Notes under the pieces: model-generated
What the model was told of the DNA's origin: nothing
Database searches by the model: none
Seen by the model: only the letters and a program-made list of their open reading frames with translations
NCBI GenBank assembly: GCA_964016885.1
Contig: OZ024748.1
Location: 19,406,001 to 19,470,000 of the forward strand
Direction: 5' to 3'
DNA: 64,000 bases
Source: Eledone cirrhosa
Lineage: Eukaryota
Program-made: the position numbers and the translations under genes
Part shown: in pieces, positions 1 through 12,483 of the stretch
Layout: each line of letters opens with the position of its first letter
Numbering within the stretch: the stretch's first letter is position 1

Positions 1-40
1 CAAACGAACTGAATATTAATAATATTATTATTTGCTCACG

Positions 41-220
41 GTGGATTGGCAGTATCGGTAGAGGGTCGGACGCCATGCTTTCCAGCATAGTTACGTCCCT
101 TTACGATCTGAGTTCAAATCCCGCCGAGGTTGACTTTGCCTTTCATCCTTACGGGGTCGATAAAATAAAGTACCAGTAATGCACTGGATAATTGCTGGCC
201 TTGTGCCTAAAGTAGAAACA
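41..220 (+). mobile_element. tRNA-derived SINE (Meta-domain-like, octopus type), full length with 17-bp target-site duplication
   Basis: A-box-like TGGCAGTATCGG, B-box GAGTTCAAATCC and conserved GCCTTTCATCCTTACGGGGTCGATAAAATAAAGTACCAG body. ATTATTATTTGCTCACG is duplicated at 24-40 and 221-237. More than 15 copies in the window. Confidence 0.85.
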
Positions 221-297
221 ATTATTATTTGCTCACGAATACATAAATACATACACACAGACAAACACGCACAGACACGCACACACACGCACACACA

Positions 298-329
<32 letters not shown>

Positions 330-341
330 TATAAATATATA

Positions 342-830
342 TTTGTTTTGCAAGGTTTTTGATATGAAATCGTGTGTTGAAACAAATATTGTTATACTTG
401 GGGAGGGTCATATTGTTGTAATACTGCCAGAAATAATAATAGACAACACTCACTGTTGTGGTTTGGGCTGGTTTTCGATTCTGTATCTTTTATATCTCCA
501 TAGTTAATATATCTGGTAATCAATGTTTATCATTGATTGACCAACGGTTAAAAATACAAATATAAATATATATATATATATAGACTATCAAAGTTCTGTC
601 GTCACACATCTGTGACATCATCAATGGTAGCATTATGTTTTCTCCCATTGTATTGTATTGCCTACGCCATTTTTATTCTATTTTATTTAATTTAAATTAA
701 ATAAAAATGGCGTAGGCATAACAATACAACGGGAGCAAACATAATGCTACATTGATGATGTCACAGATGTGTGACGACACAACTTTGATAGACTATATAT
801 ATATATATGCGCGCGTGTGTGTGTGTGTGT

Positions 831-896
<66 letters not shown>

Positions 897-1060
897 TTAA
901 CAGTTGGTCAATCAATGAGGAACATTGATTGCCAGATAAATTAACTATGGAGATATAAATGATACAGAAGCAAAATCCAACCCAAACCAAACAGTGAGTG
1001 TTTTCTATTATTATTTCTGGCAATATTATAACAATATGACCCTCCCCAAATATAACAATA
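342..1060. mobile_element. ~720-bp imperfect palindrome (family E, PLE-like back-to-back insert)
   Basis: About 390-555 is the reverse complement of about 895-1060, and 583-685 of 695-792, centred near 690. Related copies at 2170-2470 and 56745-56950. Degenerate HHR-like TTGATGA-tgtcaca/tgtgac-GACA on both arms. Confidence 0.65.
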
Positions 1061-1083
1061 AATATAACAATATATATAACAAT

Positions 1084-1129
<46 letters not shown>

Positions 1130-1140
1130 TTAATATAGAT

Positions 1141-1193
1141 GAGATTCTACAGGACTAGAACTGTTTCATTCTTTAGAAATCATCAGGAATCTT
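1141..1193 (-). ncRNA. Type I hammerhead ribozyme motif, isolated within (TA)n
   Basis: Minus strand reads aagattc-CTGATGA-tttctaaagaat-GAAA-cag(ttctagtc)ctg-TA-gaatctc. Stems I, II and III all pair. Confidence 0.7.
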
Positions 1194-1211
1194 AAATATA
1201 TATATATATAT

Positions 1212-1825
1212 TTAACTGAACAAAAAAAGAAAAACGAACACATGCATATACATATATTTGTTCAAATCGTAAGAGACCAGATTTTGAGTTTCTAACTCAA
1301 TACATGCCTTTGATATATTCGGCTCCGTTAATTCAAATGTCGAGTAAACCCGGCTGCTATTTTTAGTGGCATGAGTCTGCGAGACACGCTATGTTCTGGC
1401 ACCATGTGCGTTATATATACGCACACTATCCAGTTTTTTAATATACTTAGAAGTGACCAGGATACTAATAATTCTTCACCCGCTGATGAGCTAGAATTTT
1501 GGTATTCCTCTTCACAATTAATATTGCGAAACAGTATTATCAAAACTGTCTGGGTGATTGGTAGTTACCACAATTCCGGTTTGTATTTATTTTTCTTGAT
1601 TTATTCTTAAATTGAGTCTGGCAAACCCTATTGTCTGTAGTTAGTATTCTTTCACCTTAGCGAATCTGGTCCTTATAACTTGAACACATACATGTATATG
1701 TCTGTGTTCGTTTTTCTTCTTTGTTCAGTTATATTATACGGCTCGGAAAAACCTCTTTCCTAGAGCTAATTTATTATTGGAAGAAACTATTTTGAGTTTC
1801 TAACTCAATACATGCCGTTGATATA
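1212..1825 (+). mobile_element. HHR-bearing 508-bp terminally redundant unit plus short inverted end (family G, retrozyme/PLE-like)
   Basis: ATTTTGAGTTTCTAACTCAATACATGCC at 1281 and 1789 (period 508). About 1212-1282 is the reverse complement of about 1663-1731. Both ends abut (TA)n. Confidence 0.7.
1476..1557 (+). ncRNA. Canonical type I hammerhead ribozyme
   Basis: tcacccg-CTGATGA-gc...gc-GAAA-cagt(attatcaaa)actg-TC-tgggtga. 7-bp stem I, 5-bp stem III, predicted GUC cleavage after 1550. Confidence 0.85.
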
Positions 1826-1837
1826 TATATATATATA

Positions 1838-2022
1838 TAACTGTTTCTATTTTAGGCACAAGGCCAGCAATTACCCAGTGCATTACTGGTACCTTTATTT
1901 TATCGACCCCGTAAGGATGAAAGGCAAAGTAAACCTCGGCGGGATTTGAACTCAGACTGTAAAGGGACGTAACTATGCTGGAAAGCATGGCGTCCGACTC
2001 TCTACCGATACTGCCAATCCCC
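1838..2022 (-). mobile_element. tRNA-derived Meta-like SINE
   Basis: Reverse complement of the 41-220 SINE. Confidence 0.85.
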
Positions 2023-2160
2023 CGAAGGAAGTGTGGTAAGGAACCAGGTGGACCATAACGTACCAAAGTACTCAATACTTAGGGTAGTAGAGTGGGTAAT
2101 AGGAACAAGTATGACCCCGACGACAGAGCTCAAGCCGTTTAGACGGCTATTTCTGGACTA
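2023..2160 (-). mobile_element. Family D repeat fragment (PLE-like 3' end)
   Basis: GAAGGAA.TGTGGTAAGGAACCAGGTGGACCATAA... recurs at about 16180-16270, 22743-22825 and 56560-56697. Confidence 0.6.
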
Positions 2161-3111
2161 TATATATATATATTGTTATACATGGGGAGGGTCATATTGT
2201 TGTAATAATATTGCCTGAAATAATAACAGAACACACTCACTGTTTGGTTGGTTTTCGCTTCTGTATCTTTTATATCTCCATAGTTAATTTATTTGGCAAT
2301 CAATATTTATCATTGACTGACCCACGGTTAAAAATACAGATATAAATATATATATAGTGTAACAAAGTTCTTTCATTGCACATCTACAACATCATCATTC
2401 GTACTTTTATCATGTTCCCTCTCCTCATCGTATTGCATTGCAATATTTACGCCATTTTTATTATAATTTCCAAGTATGTTGCTGTGATGTAAGTTTATAA
2501 ATGTTTAACAGTAAATATATATTCATATGTGTGGACTCGTCCACTCTCAGCTGTGTTACATTGACCTCACCCCACAGTAAACCTCCCCCCACCCATGCCA
2601 GAACTCTGTCAACTAAAAGGTCACCTCTTAAAGACATTAACTACATACATTTACTACTGTATTGTTTTATATTTACTTTATTTATCGATCCTCTTGTTAT
2701 ATTATATAATACAATGTATACTATATATCGTCACTTTTTCGCAACTCAAGTAATAAATCTTCACTGTCTTTCTCCTCTTGCCCCTCTCCTCTCCCTTCTT
2801 TTCCCCCTTCTCCTTCTGCCTTCATCGCCTCTCCCTCTCACCCTTTCGCTCCTTCTGTTTCTCTCTCTCCCATTTCGCTCCTCTATCTCCTACTGTTTCT
2901 CTCTCTCGCCTTTACTTATTTTCCATAGCATCTTTTTTTTTCTTTCATTCCTCGTCTTCGTTCTTATGTGAAAGTCCCAAATACAGAAATATCTATAATA
3001 GCAGTCGATCACTATAGATAATAGTTGAGAAAATTAGGTAAATGACTCTTGTCTCTCCCAGAAATATGATACAATGTATACATACATACATATAAATTAT
3101 ACACACACACA

Positions 3112-3188
<77 letters not shown>

Positions 3189-3241
3189 ATATAAGTGTAT
3201 ATATATGTATATATATATATGTATAATATCATATTATTGGA

Positions 3242-3300
<59 letters not shown>

Positions 3301-3418
3301 AGGACAGACACTGGTCTGTTGGAGATGCAGGATATGGCAGCGATAATGAGGGACAGAGACCGCTGGAGAGAACTCGTCCATGGATCTCGGGAATTTTACC
3401 CGCCTTAGATAGATAGAT

Positions 3419-3422
<4 letters not shown>
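3301..3422 (+). mobile_element. RTE-type LINE extreme 3' fragment
   Basis: [35 protein letters not shown] followed by a (TAGA)n tail. Same family as 11470-11753. Confidence 0.75.
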
Positions 3423-3459
<37 letters not shown>

Positions 3460-3727
3460 GGAAAAATTTGAACAGGGACAAAACAGAGAGGCAGTAAAAC
3501 GAATGTTTATTAATTTCACGCTCTGGAGAGTGGGGGAATCTTATACGAAAAAAAACAAGTATATATATATATAAATATATATATATATTTATATATATAT
3601 ATATACGCACATTAATAATATCTTTCGTTTTATATAAAGAATGTTATAACCATTACATTTTTTTTATTGTCCCACCAGTTACACAATGTCAATGTTAATG
3701 TACAGCTGTTTCGTTTCAGTTTAGTTT

Positions 3728-3966
3728 TTCTTCTTCTTCTTCTTCTTCTTCTTCTTCTTCTGCTTTCCTGTTCCTTCTTCTTCTTCTTCTTCTTCTTCTT
3801 CTTCTTCTTCTTCTTCTTCTTCTTCTTCTTCTTCTTCTTCTTCTTCTTCTTCTTCTTTCCCGTCCTTTCTTCTTTTTCTTCTTCTTCTTCTTTCCCGTCC
3901 TTTCTTCTTTTTCTTCTTCTTCTTCTTCTTCTTCTTCTTCTTCTTCTTCTTCTTCTTCTTTATCCT

Positions 3967-4021
<55 letters not shown>

Positions 4022-4036
4022 CTCTACTACTACTAC
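3728..4036. repeat. (TTC)n then (CTA)n microsatellites
   Basis: Direct inspection. Confidence 0.95.
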
Positions 4037-4981
4037 ATCACAGCGAGTCACGGGGAAAAGAGACAACATTTGTATCTGGAAGCCATTATTGTAAACTCTA
4101 ATTTATAAATTGTATATCTTTGACAATAAACTATCTGCTAAGGTCAATGTAATGCCGCAATGTAAACATCATAGACAACAGACAGACGTAGTTAGCGAAG
4201 TTCTGCTTAATTGATCTAACATTGATGTCATTTCTTAATATTGGAGTATTTCCGTCTAGACTCTCCTGTTTCTGTTTCAGAGATACACACACACACATAT
4301 ACACACACACACCGAGCAATACACACAGACAAAAGCAAACACACGCACAAGCACATACGCTCACGTACACACACACGCACATACACAAATACCGAGCAAC
4401 ATACACACACCGAGCAACACACACACAAAAGTAAACACACGCACAAGCACACACACTCACACACACACACACGCACATACAAACACAAACACAAACAAAC
4501 ACACACAAAAGCACACATACTCTCATACACACACAAAAGCAGACACACACACAAACACAAACAAACACACACACACACACGCACACACCGAGCAACACAC
4601 ACAAGCACACACACACACACACACTCACACACACACACACAAGCACACACACACAGAAACACACATACATATATATATTACACGGACGAATGGTTATTCC
4701 TTCATTACATTTATTGGTTGTTGACGCGCGTTTCGCTATTGATCAGCTCAAGGTTCGTCTGTATCGATATAGCCTGACTCTGGAATCAAAGGTTTGTAAG
4801 ACCTCTGTGGTAGTAATGACAGAATGAATATACCATATATATATATATATATATATGAAGGAGGTGAGTTTTATTGTAGAACAATAAAACTATGCATATA
4901 TCGGATAAGTAGCACTCAACAGTTTATTGGACTGGAGTATATATAAGAAGAAATTAAAAGATGGTTAAAAAAGTTCCATTC

Positions 4982-5050
4982 ATTTTATTATGCGCATTTC
5001 AAAAAAAAATATCATCCTGGGACGATATTTGCGTTCTCATCAGATAAAAT
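4982..5050 (-). ncRNA. Type I HHR with long stem II and palindromic minimal stem III (family A)
   Basis: attttat-CTGATGA-gaacgcaaatatcgtc...gatgatattttt-GAAA-tgcgca-TA-ataaaat. Confidence 0.75.
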
Positions 5051-5260
5051 AAGGTAACAGTTTAAATGTCTCTCTCTCTCTCTTCTTTCTCTTTCTCTCT
5101 ACTCCTTCCTTCTTAAATTTTTCCTCCGTTATCTTCTTCTTCTTTTTCCTTTTCCTTCCTTTTTTTTCCAATCTTGTATATCCTTTTATATTTATTTATC
5201 ATATGTTGACTGGACACTTCCTTGTTGACAAGTGTTTTTAGGCATCATATCATGTTACCT

Positions 5261-5331
5261 CATTTTATCTGATGAGAACGCAAATATCGTCCCAGGATGA
5301 TACTTGTTTTTGAAATGCGCATAATCAAATG
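5261..5331 (+). ncRNA. Type I HHR (family A)
   Basis: cattttat-CTGATGA-gaacgcaaatatcgtcccaggatgatacttgttttt-GAAA-tgcgca-TA-atcaaatg. Confidence 0.7.
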
Positions 5332-5482
5332 TATGGAACTTTTTTAACCATCTTTTAATTTCTTCAATTATTAATATTAAAATAAATCAGAATACATTTA
5401 TTATATATCTATATATAAATATATATATATATATAAATATATATAAATATATATATATATATAAATATATATATATATAAAT

Positions 5483-5515
<33 letters not shown>

Positions 5516-5544
5516 ATAAATGTATTCTGAGTTTTTTTTATATT

Positions 5545-5697
5545 AATAATTGTTTCTACTTTTGGCACAATGCCAGCAATTACCCAGTACATTACTGGTA
5601 CTTTATTTTATCGACTCCGTAAGGATGAAAGGCAAAGTTAACCTCCACGGGATTTGAACTCAAACCATAAAGGGACGTAACTATGCTAGAAAGCATA
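5545..5697 (-). mobile_element. Meta-like SINE, 5'-truncated
   Basis: Similarity to 41-220. Confidence 0.8.
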
Positions 5698-5995
5698 ATA
5701 ATATTCGATTTGCAATTATGCAAACAAGCCTCATTTTGAGGCTTGTTTGTCATAATGACTTCACTTGTAGTTCTAAACAATTTGATTTAATTTTATAATA
5801 TTATGATTTGGTAGATCTAGCAAGTATTTTGTTAACTTTGGTGGGAAGATTTTTAAAGATTCCTGGTTAACTTTCCTGGAGAACTTGCATTCGTCGGTGG
5901 CGATTGTCAAACAGATCAAATTGTTTTGCACAAGTCAAGTCATTCTTTTTCTTTTTTTTAAATATACGTAACTGTACCAAGAATTTCACACATTT

Positions 5996-6056
<61 letters not shown>

Positions 6057-6163
6057 TAGAATATTCGAAAATATTCTGTATGTTTATAATAAACATTTTG
6101 AAGACCTAATCGCTATAGAATAGAATACGTCACGTATTACAATTAGATTCTCGATAAAAGCAA

Positions 6164-6217
6164 GGGAAGTAATCTACGCGTTTCATTCTTGTTAGAAATC
6201 ATCAGGACTACATATCC
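6164..6217 (-). ncRNA. Type I HHR, family B unit 1
   Basis: ggatatgtagtc-CTGATGA-tttct(aaca)agaat-GAAA-cgcg-TA-gattacttcc. Confidence 0.8.
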
Positions 6218-6473
6218 AGTGCTTTTATCGAGAATGACACAGCTAGAGACTTATAGAATACTTAGCTGTGTACAGGAACTGGTTTGAAAGAGCGGTTGCC
6301 GGTCCGGCAGAAATTAGAAATTGGAGTAAATGCTCTGAAATAGCGATATATATGTGAATATAGACATAGAATATTCGAAAATATTCTGTATGTTTATAAT
6401 AAACATTTTGAAGACCTAATCGCTATAGAATAGAATACGTCACGTATTACAATTAGATTCTCGATAAAAGCAA

Positions 6474-6527
6474 GGGAAGTAATCTACGCGTTTCATTCTT
6501 GTTAGAAATCATCAGGACTACATATCC
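6474..6527 (-). ncRNA. Type I HHR, family B unit 2
   Basis: Same sequence as unit 1, offset by 310. Confidence 0.8.
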
Positions 6528-6783
6528 AGTGCTTTTATCGAGAATGACACAGCTAGAGACTTATAGAATACTTAGCTGTGTACAGGAACTGGTTTGAAAG
6601 AGCGGTTGCCGGTCCGGCAGAAATTAGAAATTGGAGTAAATGCTCTGAAATAGCGATATATATGTGAATATAGACATAGAATATTCGAAAATATTCTGTA
6701 TGTTTATAATAAACATTTTGAAGACCTAATCGCTATAGAATAGAATACGTCACGTATTACAATTAGATTCTCGATAAAAGCAA

Positions 6784-6837
6784 GGGAAGTAATCTACGCG
6801 TTTCATTCTTGTTAGAAATCATCAGGACTACATATCC
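6784..6837 (-). ncRNA. Type I HHR, family B unit 3
   Basis: Same sequence as unit 1, offset by 620. Confidence 0.8.
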
Positions 6838-7029
6838 AGTGCTTTTATCGAGAATGACACAGCTAGAGACTTATAGAATACTTAGCTGTGTACAGGAACT
6901 GGTTTGAAAGAGCGGTTGCCGGTCCGGCAGAAATTAGAAATTGGAGTAAATGCTCTGAAATAGCGATATATATGTGAATATAGACATAGAATATTCGAAA
7001 ATATTCTGTATGTTTATAATAAAAGCACT

Positions 7030-7083
7030 GGATATGTAGTCCTGATGATTTCTAACAAGAATGAAACGCGTAGATTACTTCCC
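7030..7083 (+). ncRNA. Type I HHR, family B inverted copy
   Basis: CTGATGA at 7042-7048, GAAA at 7063-7066, stem I gtagtc/gattac. Confidence 0.8.
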
Positions 7084-7236
7084 TTGCTTTTATCGAGAAT
7101 CTAATTGTAATACGTGACGTATTCTATTCTATAGCGATTAGGTCTTCAAAATGTTTATTATAAACATACAGAATATTTTCGAATATTCTATGTCTATATT
7201 CACATATATATCGCTATTTCAGAGCATTTACTCCAA

Positions 7237-7276
<40 letters not shown>

Positions 7277-7452
7277 AAGTGTAATCGAGAGTCCATAAGC
7301 CTAATGAGCAATCGATTCACGAGTCGGGCGTTATCACTGCTGATCGTACCTTGAGCTGATCGATCACGAAACACGCGATGCGTGTGAATGAACTAAATGA
7401 TATTATCTTGACACGTTTTCTTGCTCTTTGTTATTATCATTATTATTGCCAT

Positions 7453-7572
7453 TTTGAGTTCAAATCCTGCCGAAGTTTACTTTGCCTTTCATCCTTACGG
7501 GGTCGATAAAATAAAGTACCAGTAATGCACTGGGTAATTGCTGGCCTTGTGACAAAAGTAGAAACAATTATT
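7453..7572 (+). mobile_element. Meta-like SINE, 5'-truncated
   Basis: Similarity to 41-220 from the B-box onward. Confidence 0.8.
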
Positions 7573-7599
7573 TTTTGAAACTTTCTTCGAATTCTGATT

Positions 7600-7970
7600 C
7601 TTTACTAAACCATGCCAAGTGTCAACCTGACACCTGAGACAAAATTTAATAATGCATACATTTTACAATCAATTGTAATAAGGATGATGCCATAAGGGTT
7701 TTGCATAGTTTGTAAATTGATAATGCCCTCCTCAGACATGGACAGTGCCAGTCAGCACTATTTCCTGTATCTCTTGCAAAGATGGCTTTCCAAGTATCCA
7801 GTCCAAATACTTTTCAGTTCCCTTTTTTATCATTCCAAGTACACCGACTATCAATGGCATTGCATTTTCTCAATTTCAATAGATCTTTATATTTATTGAA
7901 CTTTCCGAACTCTTTCGAGGAAATGCTACGATGTGATGGAATGCTCATGTCAATTAAGAAACATGTTTAC
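7600..7970 (-). mobile_element. Decayed R4/Dong-like LINE 3' end (restriction-like endonuclease)
   Basis: Manual translation with frameshifts gives TCFLIDMSIPSHRSISSKEFGKFNKYKDL...PLIVGVLGMIKKGTEKYLDWILGKPSLQEIQEIVLTGTVHV. Confidence 0.7.
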
Positions 7971-8061
7971 TCATTATTAGTTTAAGATAATTAAATAAAG
8001 TAAAGGAATTTGGCAAATACTAATCTCACCTGTTTATCAAAAACATGTCTCTTTGATTGGT

Positions 8062-8445
8062 AATAATTGTTTCTACTTTTGGCACAAAGCCAGCAATTAT
8101 CCTAGTGTATTACTGGTATTTTATTTTATCGACCCCGTAAGGATGAACGGCAAATTTAACCTCGGCGGGATTTGAACTCAGACTGTAAAGGGATGTAACT
8201 CTATGCTACAAAGCATGGCGTCCGACCCTCTATCGATACTGCCAATCCACCGCTCCTATAGAGTTTCTACTTTTGGCACAAGGCCAGCGATTACCCCAGT
8301 AAATCACTGGTATTTTATTTTATCGACCCCGTAAGGATTAAAGGCAAAGTTAACCTCGGCGGATTTGAACTCAGAACACAAAGTGCCATAAATCTATGCT
8401 TCAAAGCATGGTGTCTGACGTTCTACCGATACTGCTAAACTACCG
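8062..8445 (-). mobile_element. Two tandem Meta-like SINEs
   Basis: Copies at about 8062-8252 and 8262-8445. Confidence 0.8.
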
Positions 8446-8451
8446 TAATAA

Positions 8452-8825
8452 TAAAGAGTTGGGCCTACTCGGTGATATTTTTAACAGCTGTGGTATTATA
8501 ACTGTACTAAGGTAGCAGAATAATTTGCCTCATAAATTAAGGCTAGAATGAATGGTTTGACGAAAATTATTCTGTCTCTACTATAATTATTAGAAATTAA
8601 TATTTATAGTGAGAAAGCTTAAATTATTTTAAGGGTCGAGAAGACCCTATTAAGCTTAATATTAAAATATAAATATGATTTTTAGGTTCGAGTTAATTGA
8701 GAAATATTTATTAATTTTAAATTTTGAGGTGATCAAGGCATAACAATTAGTTAAGTTTATTTAACTTCCTTATATGTATTAATTTATAGATTAATAAAGC
8801 ACAGATTTTGCTTAGAAGAAAGTTA
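8452..8825 (+). pseudogene. NUMT: mitochondrial 16S rRNA fragment (cephalopod-like)
   Basis: Conserved rrnL motifs AACTGTACTAAGGTAGCA, GGCTAGAATGAATGGTTTGACGA and GAGAAGACCCTA, with substitutions in conserved positions. Flanked by a SINE and a microsatellite. Confidence 0.9.
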
Positions 8826-8884
8826 AATAAACTTAACTAATTCCTTCAGAAATCTATCAGGTTCGTAGGCCTTATTATCATTAT

Positions 8885-8919
<35 letters not shown>

Positions 8920-8947
8920 GTAGTAGTAGTAGTAGTAGTAGTAGTAA

Positions 8948-8983
<36 letters not shown>

Positions 8984-9330
8984 CCGGATGTTTAGTGCTG
9001 AAGAAAAGCGAATGTAACATGAGTTTACTTCCAATATAAAACCAAAAAATGCTCGCCCACCACAAACACCAACCCTACCACTACCAGTACCATCACCACC
9101 GCCACCAATGGTCACATTTCCATTGTCTCTGAAAATGGTAAATATGCTGGAAATTCTCTCTCAATTTCTCTGCACTTTGGCAAATATAGACACCATATAC
9201 AATATCACGATTTCTTTAAAAACCAAACGTATATTTATATATATATACACACACACACATATATATATACATACACACGCACGCATATATATATATATAT
9301 ATATATACACACTCACATAAATACATAAAC

Positions 9331-9445
<115 letters not shown>

Positions 9446-10732
9446 TATTATAGATGGATTGATAGATAGATAGATAGATATATAGATATATTATATATAT
9501 AAAGAGAGAAGGGTGGTTAAATAGATAGAGATAGATAGATAGCTACATATTGAGAGAGGGAGAGAAGGGGAGAGACAGACAAACAGACAGTCAGATAGAC
9601 AGAGAAACAAACAAACAGACGGAATGAAAAAGTGTTTGAAATCTTAACAAAACGGAAAAAAAAAAAAATATCCTTCCCAACCACCTAACTCCTGAAACCC
9701 CATCTCCCTCTATAATGTTAAGTAGGCTGGGTTTAAACAGACATGTACATGCATTAGTCATACTATCTTAACTATATTTATAAGTACGACTAAAGTTTAT
9801 TGACACAGCAGATACATTTCCACAGCTTCTATGACGAAACTTCCTGTATCTGTTGACATCATTGTTGAAATGTGCGCAGACGACATTCAAACATGAAAAA
9901 GCGCCATCTTGAATTTTTAAATATATAAATTTATTTATATTATTGTTATAGCTTTTGTTTTCCTCTTTCATATCCCAGTCTTACTACTGTCTACGTTTAT
10001 CGGCCCAACAAATGGAACGCTCATCTTCGAACCTGACAAAGGTCCATTCCGTTTTCTATTCAATTCTTTATGCCTAGCTATATATAATATATCTAGCTTA
10101 TGTATATATATATGTATAGGTTACTGCTGTTGCTGTGTTTAACTCTAGATCAGTGATCCTTTTAAGTTGGTACTGTTGGCGAGAATAATGCTGTAGTATA
10201 TTGTTATGAATGGAAGTAACATTATAAGGAAACATATGTCACAGAAAATAGCTACGCTTTTTGCTAGGGAAAACGTTTAAACCGGAATACAATTGGTTTT
10301 ACAGCTTATTCTTTCTGATGTCATTATAGATATATGTTTCCAGTGTGTGCAATAAATTTTAGTTTTGTGGTATTTAAATAAAATATAATATTTGTCTTGT
10401 GACGTCTCGTCTTTACTGTAACATTTCTGTCTTCATTTTTTTTTTTTTCATGGATATTCTTTATCGCTGCAATAGAATTGGTTGCAATTTAACAAAAGAC
10501 AGGAAGAAAATACACCTTGTAAAGAAATACATAGTAATGGAAGGTCGTATCAGAGGCAGAGGTGGACAAGTAATGGATAATGTTCACACCAATCAAGCAA
10601 TCTAAAGACGTCCTATTTAAGACCTTCATATTTATTACATGGTGTATTAATACTCGAGAAGCAGGGAACCAGAACAGATACAATTTATTTCGGAACTCAT
10701 ACACTCTGCCATTTTATACACTACCAAAAACA

Positions 10733-10772
<40 letters not shown>

Positions 10773-10949
10773 AACAACAACAACAACAACAACAGCAATA
10801 ATAATAATGATAATAATAACAATTAATATTGCTAAACTACTATGGAATCTTAATAAATTGAAATTATTTAAGTACTAAATATTGTTTAAAACCCCAAGCA
10901 TATTTTCACACCTAAAACTTTCATTATATATATCATATGATAATATGTA

Positions 10950-11020
<71 letters not shown>

Positions 11021-11114
11021 TAAGAACTTCCAGAAGATTTGTTATTTGCTCTTTTCTTTCGTTTGTATATATACACACTCATATTTACATATATGTGCAC
11101 ATACCCACACTCGC

Positions 11115-11152
<38 letters not shown>

Positions 11153-11154
<2 letters not shown>

Positions 11155-11373
11155 GTAAAAGGTAAACAGAAATAACAACACAATCGGTACCGTATATGGA
11201 AGGGATATATTAGGTTAACGCTTGATATAGCAAGAAGAGGGTCTTAACGTTTCGGACGCTAGTCCTTCATCAGAAGAAAGAATGCGAAATAAGATAGCTT
11301 GAGGGGACGGGTGGGATGGAATGGGAAAAAATGTCTTTAGATAAAAATAACAGGTCAATTCATGTTGACATCT

Positions 11374-11375
<2 letters not shown>
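11153..11375 (-). mobile_element. Family C PLE-like fragment with minimal HHR (11242-11277)
   Basis: tctt-CTGATGA-aggac(tagc)gtcc-GAAA-cgttaaga. Other copies at 49035-49258 and 50535-50740. Confidence 0.7.
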
Positions 11376-11469
<94 letters not shown>

Positions 11470-11470
<1 letters not shown>

Positions 11471-11753
11471 CTATCAAAGGCGGGTAAAATTCCCGAGATC
11501 CATGGACGAGTTCTCTCCAGCGGTCTCTGTCCCTCATTATCGCTGCCATGTCCTGCGTCTCCAACAGACCAGTGTCTGTCCTTAGGGCATCAACATACGT
11601 TAACCTTGGTCTTCCTCTTCTAGTGAGTCCATTTAGGGGCTCCCAAAGGAGCACTGAGTGCAATGTCAACTCCAGATGTCGGTGAGCATGTCCAGCTAAC
11701 CTCAGTCTCCTCTATGTCACTTTTGAGCTGACTTTTGGGATGCTCCCATACAG
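11470..11753 (-). mobile_element. RTE/RTE-X-type LINE 3' fragment
   Basis: [21 protein letters not shown]...[28 protein letters not shown]...DRDRWR. Confidence 0.8.
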
Positions 11754-11754
11754 C

Positions 11755-12483
<729 letters not shown>

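Larger units (their letters stand above)
4856..5366. mobile_element. Family A PLE 3'-end insert, back-to-back, with two HHRs
   Basis: The minus-strand long end 4856-5060 and the plus-strand short end to 5366 are mutually inverted. Matches the ends of the GIY-YIG-bearing copy at 44505-46032. Confidence 0.8.
6051..7237 (-). mobile_element. Tandem array of 310-bp HHR-bearing units (3.1 copies) plus inverted partial copy; retrozyme-like (family B)
   Basis: TAGACATAGAATATTCG starts at 6051, 6361, 6671 and 6981, and the units look identical. Orientation flips at ATAAA microhomology (7019-7023). Both ends abut (TA)n. Confidence 0.85.

Noticed and set aside
6051-7023. CRISPR array or simple satellite reading of the 310-bp repeats
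   Set aside because: There are no unique spacers, the context is eukaryotic, and the units carry HHRs and have a dispersed copy. An assembly artefact is not fully excluded because the units look identical.
8452-8825. Functional rRNA gene
   Set aside because: Partial, mutated at conserved sites, and embedded in nuclear repeats.
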